The translations under genes were made by a program, and so were the position numbers. The notes under the pieces were generated by a model. That model was not told where the DNA came from and did not search any database. It was given only the letters and a program-made list of their open reading frames with translations. From Archangiaceae bacterium (GTDB lineage Bacteria; Myxococcota; Myxococcia; Myxococcales; Myxococcaceae), in assembly GCA_043750125.1 (NCBI GenBank), contig JAYVCD010000247.1, forward strand, positions 1 through 13,362: 13,362 bases of DNA, read 5' to 3'. Within the stretch, counting starts at the first letter, position 1; the number at the start of each line of letters is the position of its first letter. Below, one piece after another: positions 7,631 through 13,362 of this stretch.

Positions 7631-9208
7631 ATGCGCTGGCTCGTGCTGCTCTTGATTCTTCCAGTGCTCAGCGGCTGCAGCTGTGGTGGCAAGAAGCTAA
7701 AGGAAGTCGAGGAGCTGCCTCCGACTCCGGATTCGGGCTCGAACTGCAGTCCGGTGGCAGAGACTTGCAACGGCCTCGATGACGACTGCAACGGCCTGGT
7801 CGACGATGGGCTGCCGATGAACAACTGCGGCGTAGGCGCGTGCCTCAACAGCGGGCCGTCGTGCGTCAATGGCGCCAGCGTCACCTGCACCCCGAAGGCG
7901 GCCAACCCGGAAGTCTGCGACGGGAAGGACAACGACTGCGACGGGATGACCGATGAAGACCTGATGCCGACCAGCTGCGGCATTGGCGAGTGCATGGCGG
8001 TGTCAGCGACGTGCGCCGGCGGGGCTCCCGTCGATTGCACGCCGCTTCAGCCGAGCACGGAACGATGTGACGGCAAGGACAATGACTGCAACGGCACCGT
8101 CGACGAGGGGCTTTTGGAAAACCTCTCGAGCGATCGTCGAATCACCAACAACAGCTCGAGCAGCGACTTCGTTTACGCCGGCTGGAGCGGCAGCCAGTTC
8201 GGCCTCGTCTGGCAGGACAAACGCGACAGCGCGAACGGGGAAATCTACTTTGCCGCGCTCGACAAGAAGGGCGTTCGGCTCAGCGCCCAGGACGTTCGGG
8301 TGACGACCACCGCGGGCATCGATGCCCACCCTGCCCTGGCCTGGAATGGGACCCATTACGGGCTGGTGTACGCGGACAATTCGGTGGGCAATTACGAGCT
8401 GTATTTCCGGCTGCTCGAGGCCAATGGGACCCCGGTGGGGAATCCGATTCGGTTGACCACGGCGGCCAACGCGTCTGACTGGCCCGACCTGGTGTGGACC
8501 GGCACATTCTTCGGGCTGGCGTGGGAAGACGAGCGGAGCGGAGCCAACAAGGAAGACATCTACTTCCTCAAGCTCGATGCGAATGGAAACAAGGTGGGCT
8601 CGGAAGTCCAGGTGACGACGGACGGGGCCCGGCAGATGGCTCCGATTCTGAAGTGGACCGGGACTGACTTTGGGGTCGCGTGGACGGACACCCGCTTCAC
8701 GCAGCGCGAGATCTACTTCCGCAAGCTCGACGGCAATGGCCAGCCGGTGGGCACCGAGACGCGGGTCACCAGTGACAGCGGCGATTCTGCCTGGCCGGAT
8801 CTGGCGTGGAATGGCACGGACTGGGCGGTGGTGTGGCACGACACGCGCGATGGAAATGCCGAGGTGTACCTGGCGAAGCTGGCGGCGAATGGCCAGAAAA
8901 TGGGCTCGGACATCCGGCTGACGAGCTCGGCGGGGTTTTCAGGCTACCCCTCGATTGACTGGAACGGGTTTCAGTACGGTTTGTCGTGGCAGGACGACCG
9001 CGGCGGGACGATGGCGATCTACTTCGCGCAGCTCAACGCGTCGGGGACCAAGAATGGAGCGGACCTGAAGGTGAGCTCGGGCACCGGCGCCAGCTCGTTT
9101 ACGACCGCGCTCTGGAATGGGACGACCTTCGCTTTCGCGTGGCGCGATGATCGCGATGGGCCGACCGGAAACACCGAGCTGTATTTCGCCTATGTGGGCT
9201 GCCCGTGA
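7631..9208 (+). CDS. Lipoprotein with three Cys-rich putative metal-binding (MopE-related, PF11617-type) repeats and a C-terminal predicted 7-bladed beta-propeller (525 aa)
   Basis: GAGG RBS before ATG 7631; lipobox VLSG-C; three ExC[ND]GxD[DN]DC[ND]GxxD motifs; seven ~51-53 aa repeats of consensus xxRxT......P.L.W.G..F...W.D.R.....IYF..L...G. Confidence 0.85.
   Translation: MRWLVLLLILPVLSGCSCGGKKLKEVEELPPTPDSGSNCSPVAETCNGLDDDCNGLVDDGLPMNNCGVGACLNSGPSCVNGASVTCTPKAANPEVCDGKDNDCDGMTDEDLMPTSCGIGECMAVSATCAGGAPVDCTPLQPSTERCDGKDNDCNGTVDEGLLENLSSDRRITNNSSSSDFVYAGWSGSQFGLVWQDKRDSANGEIYFAALDKKGVRLSAQDVRVTTTAGIDAHPALAWNGTHYGLVYADNSVGNYELYFRLLEANGTPVGNPIRLTTAANASDWPDLVWTGTFFGLAWEDERSGANKEDIYFLKLDANGNKVGSEVQVTTDGARQMAPILKWTGTDFGVAWTDTRFTQREIYFRKLDGNGQPVGTETRVTSDSGDSAWPDLAWNGTDWAVVWHDTRDGNAEVYLAKLAANGQKMGSDIRLTSSAGFSGYPSIDWNGFQYGLSWQDDRGGTMAIYFAQLNASGTKNGADLKVSSGTGASSFTTALWNGTTFAFAWRDDRDGPTGNTELYFAYVGCP
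7760..8110 (+). repeat. Three Cys-rich intragenic repeats with exact 150-nt (50-aa) period
   Basis: ETCNGLDDDCNGLVDDG at 7760, EVCDGKDNDCDGMTDED at 7910, ERCDGKDNDCNGTVDEG at 8060; spacers share CG[VI]G[AE]C-x6-C-x7-C-TP. Confidence 0.92.
8129..9205 (+). repeat. Seven degenerate ~52-aa protein repeats (predicted beta-propeller blades)
   Basis: Blades begin SDRRIT, QDVRVT, NPIRLT, SEVQVT, TETRVT, SDIRLT, ADLKVS; each has W[NTS]G, [WY]xD and [ILV]Y[FL]. Confidence 0.85.
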
Positions 9209-9241
9209 CACCCAACCTCGTCGCCGGTGGCGGTAAGGCTT

Positions 9242-9247
9242 TAGAGT
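9242..9247 (+). promoter_or_regulatory. Possible -10 element (TAGAGT) for a leaderless PilZ transcript
   Basis: TAnnnT hexamer ends 7 nt before ATG 9255, which has no clear Shine-Dalgarno sequence. No recognisable -35. Confidence 0.3.
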
Positions 9248-9254
9248 GATGATC

Positions 9255-9845
9255 ATGAGTGCACCGACCAATCGCCGGCGCCATGTGCGGGTCCGGCCGA
9301 AGCAGCTGGTGACACGCGTTCGCGCGGGCGACGATCTTCACGTGGGACTGGGAATCGAGAACATCTCGATGGGCGGGGCCTTCGTGCGGTGCAACATGCC
9401 GATGAAGGTGGGCCGCGAAGTGACCCTCGAGGTGACGCGGGCCGGGGCCAGTCAGCTGCTGCAGATCAATGGAAAGGTCACGTCGTCGGTGAACGTGGCG
9501 GTAGCGGCGGCGACGCATCGAACGGCGGGAATGGGAATCTCGTTCAACCCCCTGCCCGCCCATGTGCAGCAACGGCTCGAAGGGTTGATCCTGTCGATCG
9601 ACCCGGGAGCGATGAAACAGCCGGCCGCCCAGCGGGTGGCGAGGTCGAGCGTGCTGGGAGAAAGCACCGAGCTGACGCCACGCCACGTTCCGAACGAAAT
9701 CTACGTGCAGGTCGGCAAGGCGGTGCTCGACCCGACGGATCAACTTCGAGCGGACCTCGAAGAGCGCGACCAGCGAATCCTCGAGCTGGAATCGGAAAAC
9801 AAGAAGCTGCGTCAGCGGCTGCTCAACCTCGTCAATCACGGCTGA
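9255..9845 (+). CDS. PilZ-domain (c-di-GMP-binding) protein with C-terminal coiled coil (196 aa)
   Basis: RRRHVR (RxxxR) and ENISMGGAF ([DN]xSxxG) motifs; GMGISF strand; heptad-like tail DQLRADLEERDQRILELESENKKLRQRL. Start could also be 9246 or 9249. Confidence 0.88.
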   Translation: MSAPTNRRRHVRVRPKQLVTRVRAGDDLHVGLGIENISMGGAFVRCNMPMKVGREVTLEVTRAGASQLLQINGKVTSSVNVAVAAATHRTAGMGISFNPLPAHVQQRLEGLILSIDPGAMKQPAAQRVARSSVLGESTELTPRHVPNEIYVQVGKAVLDPTDQLRADLEERDQRILELESENKKLRQRLLNLVNHG

Positions 9846-9857
9846 GCCGACAGCGGT

Positions 9858-12080
9858 TCAGTCGTTGAGGTAGCGGCTCAAATCCAACAAACCTCCGTCG
9901 ATCGGCTCATCGCGCAGCAGCCGGGCGGCGAACCAGTCGGCGTGGGTCCAGAACTCTCTGGATCTGCGGCGAACGCCAAATGCATCGAGGAAGGCAGCCC
10001 AGCTGTCGTTGCCGGGCTTGAGCGCAGCCAACTGCTCGACGAAGGCCGGAAGCCGCCCGGGGGGGACGATCAAGAACAGGTTGGGGTAGCTGCCGATGTT
10101 GCCGCGAATGATGCCCAGGGTGTCATCGCCGGGGATCCGAAACGTCTCTTCGCGAAACATGAACGCCACGTTGGCGTGGGCGCGATTTCGGATGATCGAA
10201 TAGACCTCGTCGCCCGACCGCACCAGGGTCAGGTCTGGGAAAACCTGGGCAAAAGGGCGCGCGACATCTGCCAGCGGACGAAGGGCTACCGGGGGTTGGC
10301 GGGACTCGCCGAGGACCGCGGGGGCCAGGGTTTTGACCTTCACCTGTTCCCAGAACTCTTCCTTGGCATGGGTCGGGTCTTTGAACACCACCCGGCTTTC
10401 GCGCGAGTTGCCGAACAGCGGGTTGGCGATGGCCATGTATTGCTCGAGTCCCAGACCCCGGTACCAGAAGCCCCTGAGCTTTGGACGTTCAGAGCGCGGC
10501 AGAAACTGGAGGAAGCCGTCCTCGGATTCGATGCGCAGGTTGTCCATGTACTGGCGGGTAGAGACCTGGTGGACCACGTTGCCGAAGACGTCAAAGCCGC
10601 CGACGAGGTCGTAATAGATGCGCTCGAAGATCGGGTAGTCCATCACCCAGGCGGTCTTCGGGACGGCGCCGAGCGCGCCGAGCGCCACCGAGGCGCTGTC
10701 GAAGTGGCGGTAGACGGTGAGAATGGCGCTGCGGTTATGGCCGTCGCCGGACCAGAGATCGACGAGCGCGCGTCCCGGGCTGTGCGCGCGGTCATAGAGC
10801 GCGCTGCGGCGGCTGATGTACTGAAGCTGGGAAATCTTGAACCGGGTGTAGAAGGCCTCGAGGCCTCCCCCACCCTCGGCGGGAATGCGCAGGTCGGGAG
10901 CAGTCAGGCTCAAGAACCCGGGGTCGGTCACCGAGAGATCGGCGTCCGGCGCGGTGAACATGATCCAGAAGTGATCATCGATCACGTTGAGCGCGACCTG
11001 CCCCCGGCACACCGGCCCGTGGATGAACGCACGCACGTGGTAGTGCGCGTCGTCGAGCATGAATTGGTAGCGGGCGCGCGCGGGAATCGCGGCGAAGGCC
11101 AGAAACGGGTTGCCCGCGGTGTCCGGGTCCCACGAGGGCAGCTGGGCGACGGTCCACTTCGGGGCGAGGAACAGCTCGCGGAAGCGGGCGAGCTTGTGAT
11201 CATCGAGCCCGAAGGGGACATGCGTCTTTTGAACGATGGTCTCGACGACTCTCACGAACCGGTAGTGCACCCGCGAGACGTTCGGATCGTCATACGGGCG
11301 CACGGTGACGATCTCGTCGACCGCCGCGGGGCTTTCCGTGCGCGAGCGGACCAACCGATAGAAGTCCCGGGACGCAGGGCCGAAGTAGATGTGGGCGAGG
11401 AAGAGGTGCTCGTAGAGGTAGCGCGAGACGAGCTGGGACCGCAGCTCGTCGCCGTTGAAGAACTCTTCCCAACGCACGAGGGCCGCGAGTGTCGAGGCCG
11501 GCGCTGGAGGCTCGGCCAGGGGCCCGGGAGCTCCCTGGGCCAACCATTTCTCAATCACTTCGAACTGCGCATCGTCGAGAGGGGGCAACCCGTACGGCAT
11601 CCCCGCTTCGGGCCGGCCCTTCAGATAAGAGCGCGCCTGCTCGACCGAGTCGGGGCAACCGGGGGCCTGCTCGGCCGAAAAATCACCCGCCCGAGGGTCG
11701 GCGCGGCGCTGAAGAACGAAGTGGTAGAGCAGTGAATCGGCGGGACGCTTGTCGTGCGAGACGACGGGGAAGAACTTGAAGCGCTTGACCCAGTCGGCGG
11801 TGGTCTGCGCGTCCTGGAACATGCGCGAGGGGGGGACCGCGACGATTCTGCTCGGCTGGTAGATCTGTTCCTTGTTTCCGCCGCGGTCGAGCCCTTCGTA
11901 CGACTGAAGGTTCAGCTGGCACGGTGAGTTGTAGCAAGAGTGGCAGACCAGGCATCGCTGCTCGAGAATCGGCCGCACCTGCGAGGCGAACGTGGCATTG
12001 GGCTCGACTTCGTCGGGGGGACGAATCGTCCGCACGCAGGACGAAAACCCGATGACCCAGACAACGAGCACGGCACGCAA
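9858..12080 (-). CDS. cti: Fatty acid cis-trans isomerase (cytochrome c-type, 740 aa)
   Basis: N-terminal VRPILEQRCLVCHSCYNSPCQLNL.S.EGLDRG (CxxCH at 11940-11954); GMPYGLP; LVSRYLYEHLFLAH; FIHGPVCRGQVALNVI; LTVYRHFDSASV; ERIYYDLV.GFDVFGNV.HQ..TR.YMD.LR.E.E; C-terminal GLLDLSRY. All are Cti-family signatures. TTG start is tentative. Confidence 0.93.
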   Translation of the reverse strand: MRAVLVVWVIGFSSCVRTIRPPDEVEPNATFASQVRPILEQRCLVCHSCYNSPCQLNLQSYEGLDRGGNKEQIYQPSRIVAVPPSRMFQDAQTTADWVKRFKFFPVVSHDKRPADSLLYHFVLQRRADPRAGDFSAEQAPGCPDSVEQARSYLKGRPEAGMPYGLPPLDDAQFEVIEKWLAQGAPGPLAEPPAPASTLAALVRWEEFFNGDELRSQLVSRYLYEHLFLAHIYFGPASRDFYRLVRSRTESPAAVDEIVTVRPYDDPNVSRVHYRFVRVVETIVQKTHVPFGLDDHKLARFRELFLAPKWTVAQLPSWDPDTAGNPFLAFAAIPARARYQFMLDDAHYHVRAFIHGPVCRGQVALNVIDDHFWIMFTAPDADLSVTDPGFLSLTAPDLRIPAEGGGGLEAFYTRFKISQLQYISRRSALYDRAHSPGRALVDLWSGDGHNRSAILTVYRHFDSASVALGALGAVPKTAWVMDYPIFERIYYDLVGGFDVFGNVVHQVSTRQYMDNLRIESEDGFLQFLPRSERPKLRGFWYRGLGLEQYMAIANPLFGNSRESRVVFKDPTHAKEEFWEQVKVKTLAPAVLGESRQPPVALRPLADVARPFAQVFPDLTLVRSGDEVYSIIRNRAHANVAFMFREETFRIPGDDTLGIIRGNIGSYPNLFLIVPPGRLPAFVEQLAALKPGNDSWAAFLDAFGVRRRSREFWTHADWFAARLLRDEPIDGGLLDLSRYLND

Positions 12081-12085
12081 GGCAG

Positions 12086-12217
12086 TCAGAAAGACTCTTC
12101 CTCCCCGCCCGGAAGCCGCCGGGCGAGAACCTTCACCGCGGGGTTGAGACTTCGGACTTTCTGGCGCCGGGCGATCGCTTCGAGGGGGGACCTGGGCAGG
12201 TCGGGGAGGTCATCCAT
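12086..12217 (-). CDS. Possible small protein / leader ORF upstream of cti (43 aa)
   Basis: ATG-started ORF MDDLPDLPRSPLEAIARRQKVRSLNPAVKVLARRLPGGEEESF fills most of the 190-bp gap and stops 5 nt before the cti start. No recognisable homology. Confidence 0.35.
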   Translation of the reverse strand: MDDLPDLPRSPLEAIARRQKVRSLNPAVKVLARRLPGGEEESF

Positions 12218-12234
12218 GCGGGGCGCAGTATGCC

Positions 12235-12264
12235 TTGACGAAAGCGGGCGAGCGGAGCTACCCG
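12235..12264 (+). promoter_or_regulatory. Possible sigma70-type promoter for the 12271 gene
   Basis: TTGACG (12235-12240), 18 nt, then a weak TACCCG ending 6 nt before an ATG with no SD. The -10 lacks its final conserved T. Confidence 0.25.
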
Positions 12265-12270
12265 CTGGCC

Positions 12271-12972
12271 ATGCGCTCAATTCCCCTGCTGGTCGCCCTG
12301 TGCAGCCTGGTGTGCGTCGCAGAAGAGCCGTATGAGGTCTTTGTCGATCGCGGCGAGACCTACGTTCGCGCCGGAACGGCAGTGGGACTCGGGTTGGGCT
12401 CGATGGTCACCGTGTGGGGCGACTTGATTGCTTCGACCCGAGAACGGCGAAGGGCAGGCTCTGCGACGGTGATGGAAGTCTGGCCGTCGCTGGCGCGAAT
12501 CAACCTCGACGACACCGCGAGGGCGGACAAGAGCGCGAAGAAGTACGCGTCGTTCGAAGGCAAAAAGCGCTCAGAGGCGGCCGTGCTCTCGGCTCCGCCG
12601 GCGCCCCCGCGTGCGGGTTCGGCGGGCGCTCCCCCCACCCCGGCTCTGGCGGGGCGTGGACCGCTTAAAGACCCGGCTCCGCCGCCTCCTGCTGCGACGG
12701 CGGGCATCCTCAAGGGCCATGCGACCTACAAAGGAGCGGGCCCGTGGATGGTGCTGGTGGTCTGGAACGACGAGACGTTCGACTGGACAAACTGCACGGT
12801 CAGCCTGCCGGGCAACCTGGTCTTCGACCTTCGCGAGCTGAAGGCGCGGGACCACGAATCGATCGCGCTGTCGAACTTCGTCCAGAAGGGTCCGGAACGA
12901 GATCTGACCAAGGACTCCACGACGGTGCGCTGCACGCAGGGCGCCTCGAAGTTCATGTTCCCGCTCGACTGA
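12271..12972 (+). CDS. Secreted hypothetical protein: FlgT C-terminal-like beta domain, Pro/Ala linker, small beta domain with two Cys (233 aa)
   Basis: Signal peptide MRSIPLLVALCSLVCVA; TYVRAGTAVGLGLGSMVTV...AGSATVMEVWPSLARI resembles the FlgT_C pattern; PPAPP...PAPPPPA linker; C-terminal domain with NCTV...VRCTQG. Confidence 0.7.
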   Translation: MRSIPLLVALCSLVCVAEEPYEVFVDRGETYVRAGTAVGLGLGSMVTVWGDLIASTRERRRAGSATVMEVWPSLARINLDDTARADKSAKKYASFEGKKRSEAAVLSAPPAPPRAGSAGAPPTPALAGRGPLKDPAPPPPAATAGILKGHATYKGAGPWMVLVVWNDETFDWTNCTVSLPGNLVFDLRELKARDHESIALSNFVQKGPERDLTKDSTTVRCTQGASKFMFPLD

Positions 12973-12996
12973 GCCACACGCTCGAAGGCGGCGGGG

Positions 12997-13026
12997 CCGG
13001 GCAACCTCGACTTCAAGGCTGCCCGG
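12997..13026 (-). terminator. Stem-loop between convergent genes (terminator or 3'-end protector)
   Basis: Minus-strand RNA CCGGGCAGCCUUG-AAGU-CGAGGUUGCCCGG folds into a 13-bp stem with two G-U pairs, 17 nt after the stop at 13044. No U-tract. Confidence 0.55.
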
Positions 13027-13043
13027 AAACTGCCGGCAGCGAC

Positions 13044-13362
13044 CTACGCCTTCGCGGCGAGGGGCTTCTGAACCAGGACGACCTTGTAGGTGTCCGTACC
13101 GTCGACCATGTTGTCGTAGAGCTTGGTTCCGGGATTGCGCGAGAAGTTCTTCAGCGCGACTTCAGCCAGAGCGCGGCGCTTGCCACCGAGCATCGGAATC
13201 TTGAACCCGTGGAAGGTCGAGATGATCTGGTCGACGTAGGAATCGATGCGGCGCTTGTCTTCATCGCGCGCCTTCACCGCTTCCTTGGTCACGTCGCAGA
13301 CTTCGAGGACCTTCATTCCGATCGTCTCGAGCAGGTCGAAGCAGGGCTTCCAGGTGGACTCG
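13044..13362 (-). CDS. 3' end of probable class I SAM-dependent methyltransferase (phthiotriol / fatty-acid O-methyltransferase-like); 5'-truncated by the window edge
   Basis: Frame is open to the window end (ESTWKPCFDLLETIGMKVLEVCDVT...). G[MF].V....DVT...[KR]A....RR and F...PGTKLYDNMVDGTDTYKVVLVQK resemble the C-terminus of that methyltransferase family. The SAM-binding motif lies outside the window. Confidence 0.55.
   Translation of the reverse strand, partial: ESTWKPCFDLLETIGMKVLEVCDVTKEAVKARDEDKRRIDSYVDQIISTFHGFKIPMLGGKRRALAEVALKNFSRNPGTKLYDNMVDGTDTYKVVLVQKPLAAKA

Noticed and set aside
7760..9205. Periodic DNA similarity as a CRISPR array or DGR template/variable repeat
   Set aside because: Repeats are in-frame and vary mainly at synonymous positions, consistent with protein repeats; no cas or reverse transcriptase gene is present.
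7631..9208. TraA kin-recognition receptor
   Set aside because: No PA14-like domain, no MYXO-CTERM tail and no adjacent OmpA-domain traB; the resemblance is only an analogy.
9942..11735. 597-aa plus-strand ORF
   Set aside because: Antisense shadow of cti with no recognisable motifs.

Overview
GC-rich (roughly 65% by eye), densely coding bacterial window. Its gene types and sequence style (Cys-rich C[DN]GxD[DN]DC[DN]G repeats, PDAG low-complexity linkers, stand-alone PilZ and TPR proteins) suggest Myxococcota or a relative; this taxonomy is an inference. Left to right: an LTA4H-like M1 zinc aminopeptidase (-); a probable three-gene operon of MlaC/Ttg2D-type lipid-binding protein, TolC and a ComEC/Rec2-type metallo-beta-lactamase-fold lipoprotein (+); a short TPR protein (+); an Omp85/TpsB-like outer-membrane protein with two POTRA-like domains (-), divergent from a lipoprotein with three 50-aa Cys-rich repeats and a predicted 7-bladed beta-propeller (+); a PilZ/coiled-coil protein (+); a fatty-acid cis-trans isomerase Cti (-) preceded by a possible 43-aa ORF; a secreted two-domain hypothetical protein (+); and the 3' end of a probable SAM-dependent methyltransferase (-). 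I see no mobile elements, CRISPR arrays or complete RNA genes. The best candidates for undescribed systems are the divergent Omp85/TpsB + propeller-lipoprotein pair and the MlaC-TolC-MBL operon with no inner-membrane component. All family assignments come from motif recognition by eye, not database searches.
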